A DNA stretch of 64,000 nucleotides from Octopus sinensis (lineage: Eukaryota). The notes under the pieces were generated by a model, which saw only the letters and a list, made by a program, of their open reading frames with translations, was not told the origin of the DNA and did not search any database. Position 1 is the stretch's first letter, and every line of letters begins with the position of its first letter. Made by a program: the position numbers and the translations under genes. This document shows, piece by piece, positions 38,299-51,827 of this stretch. Where the stretch lies: assembly GCF_006345805.1 (NCBI RefSeq), contig NC_042999.1, forward strand, positions 29,946,001-30,010,000, in the 5' to 3' direction.

Positions 38299-40689
38299 AT
38301 GCCTGTTACTCCGCGACGAACGTATCGCAATATTCTAAAGAAGCCACTTTGTGATCAATTAGCTCTTACATTTTGGGTGGTTCAGAACTTCTAAAGTTTT
38401 GCATTGTTCATAATTTATATACGAATTATAACAGGTAAGCTTTTCTTAAATTTTATCAACACATTGACTTCTCACGGTCGCAAAATCCTTTACGTCTTAA
38501 CGTCGTAATAATGTTCACCCATGTTAACCAACTGTATCCCACAAAACAATAGACATGTAAATATAAAAGCTAAACAGAGACAGTGTTTATCTCACTATTT
38601 TGTGAATTATGTCTCTAACACTGCTCTTCATTCTCCCCTCTTCAATAAACTTCAATTTTTATTGCAAATATATTTCAAATTATGTAAATAATTATATCCA
38701 CATGTCTAACATACTGTCAGTTTCTGATAACCAATACTATCAATTTTATTGTTATTCAATAAATGTTTTGTCGTAATTGGAGAATTTTTTTTCTCTGTTT
38801 TAAGTACGATTTTTCTTAGTCTGACTTCACCTTTCATTTTGCACTCACTATAAAATTCGATCGACCATAAAATTTTAAAACTTTTACCGTTGGAACATAT
38901 TATTGAAATACCGATCACTTTTGTTAAAGCAACCCAGAGTTTATTGTGGTTAACGCTCACTTTCAAAGAATAACAACGTTGATATATAATGCGTTTTCAT
39001 CTTTGTTGGAAATAAGACCAATGCAGACATTTATAGTCCATAAGTATATTTCTTTTTAAATTTCCAATAATTGCATTAATACGACTAGAATTTGAAAGTA
39101 TTATGAAATTTTAAAACTTGAAAGTTTCAAGTATTTATATGTGTCACATATATTCCAAAGTTTTAAACGGAATTCCTTATGATAGAGAAACCTATTATAC
39201 AATCTCTGTTCGGTTATGAAAATGAAAAAAAGCACGCAAGAAATCTCTCAAAAATGTTATCCTATGTTATTCAAAACGTTTATGTGTGCTATGATAGAGG
39301 AGAACCTAGGATATTATTTTTAAATCTACGACCTGCTCTATCATGGCTGAATTTGCAATCAACCAAAACAGTAACATGTGGCACTCTTGTTAAAGATGAT
39401 TTTCCTTATCATTAATAGTACAGCTTGTCCACATACAAAGCTTGTAGCGTGTTTAAAGATATTACTAAACTATACTAACATTAATGGACCATATTTACCG
39501 GTTTGGACAGTTTAGTTTTCCCGGTATTAATTCTTTGTTCTCATTACCCGGTCTCATGTAGTAGGTTATACGATATTTACCTGTTTGGAATATTTAGTTT
39601 TACCTGTTTCCTTCCTTATGTCTGACACATATCTTGATTCACTGATCACGTTGAGATGATATTACTCTGATACATTGCATATTGAAATAATTCCACTTTG
39701 GTTTCATCCTAAATGTTTCTACTGGACTAGATTTATCAAAAAGTATCTAATATAACTTGATAATTGTCGGGATGTCACATTTCTCACGTAATTTTACATT
39801 TCAAGAAGACGTGTTTTCTTTTTCCCTAACAGAAATGAACGTCCAAGCAAAAGCTATTGTATTACGTATTGGAAATAAACCAAGGATTTTTTTCCAAAAC
39901 TCGGGAATCGATTCTTTTCTCCATCAGGATAGAAGTAACGCATCAAAATAATTCCCCACCCTTCATAATTCCCGCCTTTATCCTGGGATAAAACGCACTT
40001 CATACTCTGCACCAACTTTAGGAATTACGGAATTCGTATATGTCTGGCGGAAAAATCATATAGAAAAGCAGACTTTATTAGAACGTATAGCATATAAGAG
40101 AGATTTGAATGTTATGTCCTGCAAATGGAACTTTCAGGTATCTATCTTGTTGACAAATGACAAATATGCACCAATATACATGCCGATCATGCTGATACGC
40201 CAAATTTCTGTTTCCTCTGGAACTGGTTCCTATAACGCCGCAATATTAACGTTAAATGTAATATAATCACATGAGAATGCTAAAATATATAAATTTGTTA
40301 ATTGAAATATAACTTTATACTGATAGGGGGTAAAATATTTCTATACGAACTAGTTATAACATGACAGACATACAAGTACCACTTTGATATTTGTGATATA
40401 TGTAACTGTTTTTTTTTTTTTTGCAGTTTGGTTAAGCTGTGCTCGATCACTTCGATGAATGAATGCTTTCAAGTGTGATCAAACATGTTATTTCCAGTAG
40501 ATTCTCAGCGACTATAAAATATCGAGATAAAGGTGAAGATAAAGAGTCTGGGCAAGGTTGTTTATGGAAAACCAGATGTCGCTCATGGATATCGGCTTTC
40601 CCTCTCCACACCACCGATGTTATCCTATCCATGCTAAAGACACCGGCTGACACAGATTGCCACTGGTGATGTTGCGACACATTTTAACA

Positions 40690-40822
40690 GGTAGGTAAAC
40701 TGGAGCAACGTCATATAAAGTGTGTTGCTCAAGATAGCAACATATAGTCCGGCTCGGAAATCGAACTCAGTATCTCATGATTGCGAGTCCGTCGCTGCAA
40801 CTACTGAACAAAGCGCCATTGC
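40690..40822 (-). mobile_element. SINE family C head fragment
   Basis: ACTGGAGCAACG..ATAAAGTGTGTTGCTCAAG...GAAATCGAACTC (reverse B box) ...GCGAGTCCG. Confidence 0.7.
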
Positions 40823-40987
40823 ATTGTTATCCATATCTTAACAATATGTGAAGAAGCAATACCTGCCGTTAATATATATTCTAAAATATATTCTAACAGT
40901 TTTGAATGTAAAATGAAGCAGATATATAAATAACAATCCAGATTTATTTGCAGTTGAGAATAACGATAAAAAAAACAAAACAACTCC

Positions 40988-41290
40988 ATTTGAGTGGACT
41001 TGGTAAACAGGAGGTGAAAAGAGCCCGTCGTATATATATGCATGTATGTGAACGTGTTTTGTGTGTATTTTTGTGTGTGTTTTTGTACGTGTATATTTTT
41101 TGCGTTTGTGTCTATCACTCAAAACCACTTGACAACAGATGTTAGTGTGTTTACGTCCCCGTTAATTAAGTGCTTTGTATAAGGCATTTATGGAATAAGT
41201 GCCAGTCTGGTGTCGATTCATTCGACTAAAACAAACTGTTCAAGGCGGTGCCTCAGCATGGCCGCAGTCTTATGACTGAAACGATTAAAA
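40988..41290 (+). mobile_element. SINE family A, 5'-truncated and degenerate
   Basis: GAGTGGACTTGGTAAAC..GAGCCCGTCGTATATA...AAGGCGGTGCCTCAGCATGGCCGCAGTCTTATGACTGAAAC. Confidence 0.82.
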
Positions 41291-43649
41291 CGACTCGCAA
41301 CGGGACGGAACCCTGAACTATGTGGTTGGGAAACGATCTTCTTGCCCCATAGTTATGCCTTTGCGAAATATCTTGTATAACTGACGCTTTTATTTAGTAA
41401 CATTAGTTTTCATATACGAAGTATTATATGAAGAATGTAAACGAAAAAGTAATTTATTTGTAGACTTAACTCTTAATTCACTCAAAGCCAACTAACTGAG
41501 AAACTTTGAAGTTTCATTTAGTTTTCCGGATTTATTTTTATACTATTAGGCACAGACACAACCCACAATCTTGTATTTCCCTACGATTCCGAATCTGTTG
41601 TCCTATGAAAACAAATACTGTGAAATAACACTGGAAATGTTTGCAGAATAATTCTCCTGACTTCGATCTGAGCATAATCACAGATATATATAGAGAGAGA
41701 GTAGACAATGTAAAAATAAGAGAGAAGCTGGTCCAAAATCAATAAAGTTCCACTGTGGGAAAACAATTTTTGCTGTTAATAATGATATCTTATCAAGACT
41801 ACGACTGAACATTTTCGTGATATGATATTTTCAGCAATTTTACAGAAATTATGAGAAAAATGCGCTCCCTGAATTTTGTGCTTGATAACGGATATGCATT
41901 CACTCATCATCTTTTTACTAGATCTCTCTGGCTCAGAAGTTCTGTTATATTAATCTTTAGAGATACTCCACGGCCGTCTCAAGTAGTGTCATTATCTTCA
42001 CTGAAATGTTCTGATGTTTGCATAACACTCTTCAGAAACAGTGCTTCTCTGTCGAGAATGATGTGTCATCGGTTTTCTTAATTACCACAATTAAGGTGGA
42101 TTTCAGAGTAATATCATCTCAACGTGATCAGTGAATCAAGATATGTGTCAGACATAACTGAATATTTGGATAACCTTGAAGTCATGTGTGCCAAAATAGG
42201 AATAAACCTTTCAAAGCGAACTGAAATGGAAGTAATTTTGAGAATTAACTCGGTAGAATGAATATAAAACGTTTGAGGTTAAAAGGCATCATTCTAGAGT
42301 TAGGTAAAAGCATTCTTCATATCAATTTGTCCCTGCATCAAATAGAGCCGAGTAGTATGATACATTGTATATTGAAATAATTCCACTTTGGTTTCATCCT
42401 AAAATGCACTACTCCATATTGTAGAATGAGGGAAATTCAAATGAATAAATGTGACACTTATTCCTGTGTATTCTCGTCATGTCTGAAATTTTGGAGCGAT
42501 GAACCCAGAGGAACTGAAGAAATGTCAGATTTAACCGATTCTTGTAATCCCAGATATTCTTCAATGTTGCCACGTATTTGATATGTTCCAAAAGAAAAGT
42601 GACAGGATTTGTCTGACCTGCTTATGAATTTTGAATGGGAAACATTTTAAGCGTGTTTGATTATTATGTCATTTTGTAGATAAATGTAGTTCCAAGGAAT
42701 ATCTCAAGTATAGTATGAGAAAAAATAAGCAACGGAATCGATGCATTAGCTACGTGAGAGGTGGTTCAGGACAGAAGTTTACAGAGAGTTACACTTAGTC
42801 AAACGCACGCTCTTCTAAATGTTAATAGCATTCGGAAGCAGACCAATCACCATTTCAGTTGTGAACGAATGCGTACCATGAACGCGAGCATCTCTGCAGT
42901 CGTTACAGTGAACATGCATTATATATTTGCAGGCTAAGCAAGCATATTAGTTCATTTATGAGGACAAGTTCTAGAGACACAGAGGTTCTTAAAATATATG
43001 TGTACATATATACGAGTGAGTAAACGAACAACAGATGAATACTCAACGCATTCATTGGAAGTTACATGTATAGATCAAAGCGGTTCGATTCTGATTCTTT
43101 GGTACTCTGACTTTCAAGCGCATGGCAAATTCTCGGCCAGTTGAGTCTGAATAAGAAGTTGATTGAGAAAGTCAAAGTTTATTACTGGACGTTACTCAAC
43201 GTATGGTTGCGAAAGATCACGCAGCATTGATGTCTGTATTTGAGCGACAGAGGCTAGATGGAAAATACCGCATGGTGAACAAGAAATCGACCACGTGGTT
43301 GACAATATATCGGTCGTGTGGTTGGCGACTTGTGTGGTTGGTATATGTATATACCCGTATATTTGAGTGTGCTTAGTTGTAAATTGACACATCCGTGCGC
43401 ACACATATACACACACACATAAACACACAGGAAGGCACACATGCACACACGAGCGCGCCCATATATGCACACACAATCTCACACATACGCACACAGACAC
43501 TTACACTCGTGCATAACTTTATCTCCAAATACACATGCCCGCACAAACCCACATCACTGCGCATACATACAATGTGCAGATGCCTTGGCGCACTCACACA
43601 TGTGCGCGCGCATTGAGAAGTGCTCAGTATTGGTGATTTGTGATCATGT

Positions 43650-44375
43650 TCATGGGGCTTTATTTGTAAGAATGACCTTGTCGTAAGTGGTGCTAGGGGT
43701 TGCTGGTACTAAGGGGGTATTTCCAGCTTGCCGGTGGCCATGGCTTCAAATTTACGAGAAGGGTTTAATTTTGGTGGGAGCAATGCGGTACATTAAATTT
43801 ACTGCAGAATGGTACATGATATGTAGTTTTTCTCGGAGGCACAGCTGCTAATTTTTGGCGCTGGGTGAATATGGTGGTCCCCTATCAATATTAGTTCACT
43901 AGGTGTTTCGTCTCAGAGTTCACAAATCACCAGAGAAGGCGTGACAGGATAGTGGAGCCTTCTCTCACCCTGGAGATAAATGAAAGCGAGTGTTTGGACT
44001 GTTTTCCTTTGAAGTCATTGGTTGTCATACTCGTGTACTGCCTAGCATTGCCATCGGATGGAGTTAGGCTGTCTCTGAATTATACAACCCTTGGGAGGCA
44101 GGAACCTCCTAGTGTGCAGGTGATAGGATTTCGGAGGCTCTAGCCTGGGGTTGGTGATAGTGGGTGTGCGTTTTTAACTCGGGTGAAGCGTGCGATGTTA
44201 GATGCGACGGTGCCCAATCAGGAATTCCTTAACTTGATTTTATGGGGGTTGAAGTGTTTGTAATCCTTATACCGTTTCTTCATTCGGCTTTCAGGTCTAA
44301 GGTTACGTCCAAGAAATCGACAATAGTCCAATTGGTAGAAACCATTATTTACAGGCCGAGCACTTTGAATTTTTT
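43650..44375 (-). mobile_element. Penelope-like RT relic
   Basis: KFKVLGL*IMVSTNWTIVDFLDVTLDLK (about 44370-44290) matches the PLE motif F...GL.IT...N...V+FLDVTL+L. The GC-richer block continues to about 43650, but the extent is uncertain. Confidence 0.62.
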
Positions 44376-45427
44376 TTTGGTGGGATTTTTATGTATGAAT
44401 GTATATACACGTGCGTATATACACAAACACTCACACACACATATATATATATATTGTATATATATGTGCATGTATATATCTATATCTATCTACGTATCTA
44501 ACTATATACATCTGTGTGTGAGGGTGTTTGCAAGTGTGTGGTGTGTGTGGGTGCGTGTGTGTATACATGTATATATATATACGTACCTGCATATATACAA
44601 AAAAACATACCTGTGTTAAGGAATGCTGAAGTAGGTCTTTGCAATTATTTCTCACTCTCGTTGTTTTATCACACGTCGGCCGCTATTAATTTGCCAAACG
44701 ATCAAGGTGTTCATTTTGGAGTTTGGATTTATGAATATTTCATGTGCCACAACATTATTAAGTAAGCCTTCTAAAGTAAATTTGATAGCCGCTTCATTTG
44801 TGCTGCCTTCCCACGGAAATTCTTACACATCTTAAAAAAGTTTTGCGTTGAATCGATGGAACAGTTTCTCGATTATATCTTCGTGTTTCTAAATTTAGTC
44901 CACAGGTTTTGGCTTACACAAAACATATTGGCTGCATATATACTACAAAAGAATATATAAAATATCAGTTAAATAGTGGGATTGACAAGATATTAAAGAA
45001 GTATCTTGTATGTAGTTTATAAGATTAACTAAAGGACCATAGATTAATATTAGCTACGAATTCAAACCCACAAATTCTATTGCGCAATACGCTCTATCAT
45101 TTCAAATTATAACGCTTTCTTTTCTTAATTATCTTTATTTTGTAACAAGATCTGTTTACAATATCATTATGTTCTGTATTTTAAGGCAGCAGATAGGTAT
45201 TTATTCTATTATTGTCTTAGACATTGTATAGAAATATCTCCACTGGTGCGATTATAAATTCAAATGTAAACAACATCTACCTACATCTAATTAACTGACA
45301 TCAGTGACGCTCCGTATGTGAACACGTAAACATTTGTAGGTTACATATAATATATGCAATGGTAAATCTAATAAGCAAATCAACGAGCTTCATGGAATGG
45401 ATGACACAATAAGCCGTAGCATGTATG

Positions 45428-45838
45428 TACTCTCTTTTTACTCTTTTTTACTTTTTTACTTGTTTCAGTCATTTGACTGTGGTCATGCTGGAGCACCGCC
45501 TTTAGTCGAGCAACTCGACCCCATGACTTGTTATTTGTAAGCCTATTGCTTATTATATCGGTCTCTTTTGTCGAACTGCTAAGTTACTGGGACGTAAACA
45601 CACCAACATCGGTTGTCAAACGATATTGGAGGGAAAAACACAGGCACGCAAGCATATATATATATATATGCATATATACATATATACGACATGATTCTTT
45701 CATTGTACATCTACCAAATCCACTCACAAGGTTTTAGTCGGCCCGAGGCTATGGTAGAAGACACTTGCCCAAGGTGCCACGCAGTGGGAATGAACACATG
45801 TTGGTATGTGAGCTCCTTACCACACAGTCACTCCTACG
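45428..45838 (-). mobile_element. Near full-length SINE family A
   Basis: The reverse complement aligns along its length with 10263-10690 (head, GGCACCTTGGGCAAGTGTCTT, tail). Confidence 0.9.
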
Positions 45839-46367
45839 TATATATATATATATATATATAAATCTTATGTATTATTTTTTTTTTGTTCAGGCGGGGCTTG
45901 GTTATATTTGGGAGATATATTTGGGAGGCTTTTGATTTCAAATTGTTGTTGCAGTAAATATTAGTCTTTTGAGAAAGACATTATATGACATAGTTCCTTT
46001 TACCATTTAGTTCTGACTTTATGAATGCCATGAGCACGTGACTCAATATTTGTTACACAGTTCAGTCATGATAAAAGAAAAAACAATTCATGCATGAAGT
46101 CACGCATGACGACGACAAATATTTTCAAATTTCAACACCTTATACATGAAGTAATCGCTTAGATAATACATAACAATGTTTCAAGTCATTAGGTGGAATT
46201 CACGAAGGGCAACGAATTAAAGACAGTTAGTGGAATGTATCAACCCTACTACAAATATTTTAAAACCTGGTCTGGCAATTAATCTATCAAACACATCGAC
46301 ACACCTGCATGTACGCAAGTACATTCATATGCACGCGCATACGCACTTATATAAAACTTTGTGTATA

Positions 46368-46429
<62 letters not shown>

Positions 46430-46444
46430 TTTATATAAATTGTC

Positions 46445-46849
46445 TATTGCCCACAAGGGGCTGAGCATCGAGGAGACAAACAAGGACAGACAAAGGGATT
46501 AAGTCGATTACATCGACCTCAGTGTGAAACTGGTATTTTATTTCTCGACCACGAAACGATGAAAGGCAATGTCGACCTCGGCGGAATTTGAACTCGGAAC
46601 GTAGCAGCAGAAGAAATACCTATTGCTTTACTGCCCACAAGTGGCTACAACTCAGAGAGACAAACAATGACAAACGGATTAAATCTATTATATCGACCCC
46701 AGTGCATAGGTGGTACTTATTTAATCGACCCCGAAAGGATGAAAGGCAAATTCGCTCTCGGCGGAATTTGAACTCAGGACGTAACGGCAGATGAAATACT
46801 GCTGAGCATTTCGCCCGGCGTTCTAACGTGGTCTGCCAGCTCTCCGCCT
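46445..46849 (-). mobile_element. SINE family B, tandem dimer
   Basis: GATGAAAGGCAA..TCG..CTCGGCGGAATTTGAACTC occurs twice (about 46560 and about 46740); the head is at 46849. Confidence 0.88.
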
Positions 46850-46861
46850 TATATATATGCA

Positions 46862-47501
46862 TCTATATAATAATCTTCTCGTTCGTTCACCCTTTATACA
46901 TTAGTTCGAGAGGTGGCGGAGTATTGAGTGATAGGGGGAGTAAAAGAGTGTGAGTAGATTATAAAGTGAGGAAGAGGTAGATAGAGGTATAATAAGGTCA
47001 ACTGCATCACGTGATTAATTGAAGGGGGAAGAGAAGAGCGAGAGAAGACGATAGTAAAGGAAAAGCGAGAGAGAGAAGGGTTAACGACGTGCTATAGAGG
47101 GGAAAGGGAAAGGTGAAGAGAAATAGACGTGTTTATGATAAAATATTCAGCTGCGTGTAATGTTCTCATGGTGAGTTGAATGACATTCAGATTAGGAGAC
47201 TTGGGCAGCGGATGAGTTATATCAATAGAGAGATAGATAAAGTTAGTGGAAGTGAGAAGTTAACAGAAGAAAGAAATGTTAGACATGAAAACAGGAATTG
47301 CATACTTTAAAAAAAAGTTCTTCTAGGGTAGAGAGAATGAAGGAAATACAAAGAGCTTGGAAGGAAATTTTCAAATGTAATATATTATTGTATCTGGAAG
47401 TGAAATACTTACCAAAAAAATTAAAATGCAAAACATAATTTCTGTGTTAAATAGCTTCTTAACACTTTTTCGTTCTTTCCAATTTTCACGGCTCTCACTA
47501 G
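46862..47501 (+). mobile_element. Probable non-autonomous Helitron
   Basis: Begins A|TCTATATAATAAT and ends TTTCACGGCTCTCA-CTAG|T, i.e. TC...CTAG termini in an AT site with no TSD. The interior is purine-rich and the subterminal hairpin is decayed. Confidence 0.55.
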
Positions 47502-47507
47502 TATATA

Positions 47508-47557
47508 TTCTTCTTCTTCTTCTTCTTCTTCTTCTTCTTCTTCTTCTTCTTCTTCTT

Positions 47558-47588
<31 letters not shown>

Positions 47589-47594
47589 TTATTA

Positions 47595-47664
<70 letters not shown>

Positions 47665-47707
47665 ATTATTATTATTATTGTTGTTGTTGTTGTTGTTGTT
47701 GTTATTA

Positions 47708-47762
<55 letters not shown>

Positions 47763-47872
47763 TTTTTTTTTCTTCTTTCAAATTTGCCTCCATTTCTTGC
47801 CGAGTGTCTTCCCAACTTCTAGGGCAAAGAACTCATAGTATATACATTGGTAGGCCATTAAACTAAACTCAA

Positions 47873-47940
<68 letters not shown>

Positions 47941-48052
47941 CTTTTTTTTTCTTCTTTCAAATTTGCCTCCATTTCTTGCCGAGTGTCTTCCCAACTTCTA
48001 GGGCAAAGAAACTCATAGTATATACATTGGTAGGCCATTAAACTAAACTCAA

Positions 48053-48113
<61 letters not shown>

Positions 48114-48185
48114 ACCATCATCATCATCATTATTATTGTTGTTGTTGTTGTTGTTGTTGTTTTTGTTGCTGTTGTTATTATTATT
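47508..48185. repeat. Compound (CTT)n/(TTA)n/(TTG)n array with a tandem duplication of about 180-bp period
   Basis: A unique segment of about 113 bp at 47761-47873 is repeated at 47940-48053 with a 1-nt indel. Its minus strand resembles a Dong/R4-type 3' UTR. Confidence 0.92.
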
Positions 48186-48199
48186 CAGTAAACATATTT

Positions 48200-48700
48200 C
48201 AATCACGTGATTATTTTAATCCCGAGAGATAGCTTCGCGTGACTTGGTATATGCTGTGTTTTGCTGTGATGCTCTTATTTTCACTGTATTGCAGGTGCTC
48301 GATGTAAATTGTTAGCGGATCCTAGTAGTACTATTTTTAGTTTGTAATATATATTTGTAATTCCTAGTGTTTTGATAATATATATTTGTTTGCATGGATT
48401 TTTTTTATTATACCTAAGAGATTTCCTATTATAGGGATTTTATTTATTTTTAGGCTCTACATTCGGGTTTGCACTATTTCCAGTACTTTGTATTTTGAGA
48501 AATTTTCCGATTATTTTGTGATTTATTTTGTCGTTTATTGGAAATGATATATCAATTAAAATACATTCTTTTTTCTTTATGATCCCTGAAAACTATATTC
48601 GGTTTAACAGCCTTTATCTATGTGCATTGGCATATCTCTATCTGTGTACATTGGCATACCCAAATTATAACTGAATTATTTTCTGAGATATTTAAGGTGT
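48200..48700 (-). mobile_element. Older Dong/R4-like 3' fragment (related to 14033-14370)
   Basis: The plus strand TATGCTGTGTTTTGCTGTGATGCTCT is near-complementary to AGAGCATCACAACAAATCACAGCACATA at about 14276. The minus peptide IKAVKPNIVFRDHK resembles IKANRPDIV.KD. Confidence 0.75.
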
Positions 48701-49259
48701 GCTTATAACATCTTTTTTATTCTAATGTTATTCCATTGTGTTGGTATTACCTGCAGTCTATTTAAATACCGAGTCTGACATGTCTGTGATAATTTCAGAC
48801 ACACTTATACCACATCACTCATTTTACCTCGGCATTCCTGGAGTGCGTGCATTGCTGTGTGTTCTGATTTGCTTTTAGGACAGTTGTATTGCATCATTGT
48901 TTTGAGGTGGGGTTTCGTTTTGGTCTTGTAATATGTTAGTGGGTATATTGTGTGTTGAGTGTGTCTAACGAAAATTGAGTTCTTGTGTAGGCTATCCGAT
49001 GTTGAGAATAAATGTTCTAGAGTTTGTTTATTTTATTACACATTTACTATTGAGAGCGAACCTTATGTTTGTGGAAGTTTTCAATTCGGTTGTACTGTTA
49101 AACTGGCAGTTTTGTTTTGTGTGGGCTGTTCATAGCAAGGTTGGTTTTCAGATTTTTTTTTTATCAAGTTATGGCTTCTACGTTTTTATGTATCCTTATT
49201 TTTTCATAACCATTGTTCTAATTATTACTGGCATTTTTTTTTATCTACATACTTCACGC

Positions 49260-49645
49260 AAATACTTCACTTTGAAATGTCCATAGCTTGATAATTTCAC
49301 CACTATTTTTTTGCACAAAGTTTTGCTCAGAAGGGACTGTAATATCGATCAGGAAGCAGGTTCTTTACTGAATCCTCGATAACAATGTCTGAGATAATAA
49401 CTTTGATGTCTATGTCAGTTTGAACAGGCATATCCCAGACGATCGTGGTTTGGACGGTGTCGTTTAAATGGTTTGGCACATGTTTATAGCAATTTTCTAG
49501 TATTGCCATATAGTCCAATAGGTAAAACTACATTTCCGGTGATACCTATATAAATATTCAGATAGGACAAAGACTGGACACGAAGATGATGTGATCAAAT
49601 GATACATTTTCTCAGATACAGACTCAGCATCTGGCGTTAGGGCGT
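49260..49645 (-). mobile_element. Dong/R4-like RLE fragment (zinc-knuckle to nuclease region)
   Basis: CYKHVPNHL..TTIVWDMPVQTDIDIKVIISDIVIED..CFLIDITVP resembles WY.H.P..TILWD.P+QTD+.I.ANRPDIV..D..C.LID+.+P. It abuts a (CAA/TAA)n tract. Confidence 0.78.
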
Positions 49646-51410
49646 TGTTGCTGTTGATGTTTTAGTTGTTATTATTGTTGTTCTTGTTACTGTTATTACT
49701 ATTATTATTATTATTATTGTTGTTTTTGTTGTTGTTGTATTTGCACAGCTTCTTACGCTGGAGATGTACTAGGGTGTCAGATATTTAGTATCAGTGAACT
49801 AAATGTAACAATCCTCTCATTTCAAGCATCATCCTAGGTATTCGATTACAAATTCCATCTGAAAATCATAGTCCCAGAGCATCGTTACTTATCCATATTC
49901 TGCATAATATTACTTGGTGCATGATCATGCTCGTTCTCTGTTACTTTATATTGGTATTTACGGTATAAGAAACAATGAAGATATGCACACATCTTATAGG
50001 AGCGGCATTTGTATCCCTTTTGTGCAAGGCTCTCACATCAACTTTCCAATTGGGTCACATTTTCCGTACTCCTTCGATAATTTCTGTATTTCTGGATGTC
50101 AGACGTTTTATAGATGTTATGCTGACATCTTTAGGAAAGGAAGCATTAATTAAAGGTGTTACGACTATAAATATGTTTCATTGAACTAATTTTTTCCAAA
50201 TAACATTTCAAAACAAAAGAAGGAAAATAATATTCCAACATTCAAACTGTCCGTAAATGTATAAATATATCTGTAGGTCACTCAAATAAATCAATATAAA
50301 TTTTGTATGATCAATATCAGTGATGATGAATAAAATTGCATTCGGACCAGTGATATCCTTAGACGATATAATTAATATCGTGCAAATTACGTTTTCTTTT
50401 ACATTTTAAATATATTTATAACCTTTCATGTGTAATATTATCCTAAGATTTAAATACCTGAAAGCTTATACTGTATATGCAGAAGCATTCTATTGTTATT
50501 CATAGATTGCATGATGTATTCTAATAATTTGTTGTTTCTGGAATATTTCTGCCATTATTCAAGAAAATATTATTGAAGAAAATATTATCACTTCAGAATT
50601 ATTTCTAATCTCATATTTGAAGTTTTAAACATTCAGTATACTACCACAAATGAAAAAATATATATTTGCAAGTGGATATCATCTCAGGTAATTTCTGTTG
50701 TTGGTGTTTTATTTTTTAATATCTGCCTAAAGTATCGCTGTCCAGTCAGTAGTCATTGAGATATTTATCAACTTGTTAGCAAGTACGTGGATCACATCTT
50801 CTGGATTTCTAACTACATATACGTTCTACAAGAATCACAATTATTCTAGCATCTTCGATTTGGTCATAGACATAGTATGCTTAAGGGAGTATCAAATTCT
50901 TAAAAAACCCGTCTTTCAGTGGACTTTCTCCGCAACTAACCTTACTTCCACTAAGGTGTAGATTATAATAGATACACTTTTGAAGTTTTCTTTTGAGATA
51001 CTTTTCTCCACGTTCATTTTTATGGACAGAATATTTTAAAGTATATATTCGAACCCAAGAAAAATATCTTCTATCAGAGACGTTCAAGCCATAAACATTT
51101 TGCTATGATTGTGTTTCAATGTGTTTTCCGGTTTGTTTGATTGTCATTCCAAATAAATTAATCGGATGATATTCGCATTCGGTTGAATTTTACATTTTTT
51201 GTCAGAATCCTGAATTTTCATGTTGGAGGCTTATAATGTTAAAGAAACACGGGGATAGATCTCAGCAAGTGTAATTTTTATTTCTTAAACAAAATGTAAA
51301 GCTCAAAATGAGACATGAAACAATGTCTTATTTTAACATTTACAAAAATATAATGGCAGAACACCATTGTGTTGAAAACTTCAGCAGTGACTATTGTCTT
51401 CCATATATAT

Positions 51411-51827
51411 AGGCGGCGAACTGGTAGAAACGTTAGCGCGCCGGGCCGAATGTTCAACAGTATTTCGTCTGTCGCTACGTTCTGAGTTCAAATTCCGCCG
51501 AGGACGACTGTGCCTTTCATCCTTTCGGGGTCGATATAAATAAGTACCAGATACACACTGGGGTCGATACAATCAACTTAATCCGTTTATCTGTCCTTGT
51601 TTGCCGCTTCTGTGTTTAGCCCCTTGTGGGTAGTAAAGAAATAAGTATTTCGTCTGTCGTTACGTTCTGAGTCCAACTTCTGCCGAGGTCGACTTTGCCT
51701 TTCATCCTTTCGGGGTCGAAAAATAAAGTACCCTTTTCGCACTGTGGTCGATGTAATCGACTTAATATCTTTGTCTGTTCTTGTTTTTCCCCTCTATATC
51801 TAGCCCCTTGTGGGTAGTAAAGAAATA
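51411..51827 (+). mobile_element. SINE family B dimer with a 15-bp target-site duplication
   Basis: Two units; TATTGTCTTCCATAT occurs at 51392-51406 and 51828-51842. Confidence 0.92.

Noticed and set aside
41760-42650. Possible piggyBac-like or host coding relic (also 39750-40330)
   Set aside because: Only vague peptide resemblance, stops in all frames, and no clear TTAA-flanked TIRs.
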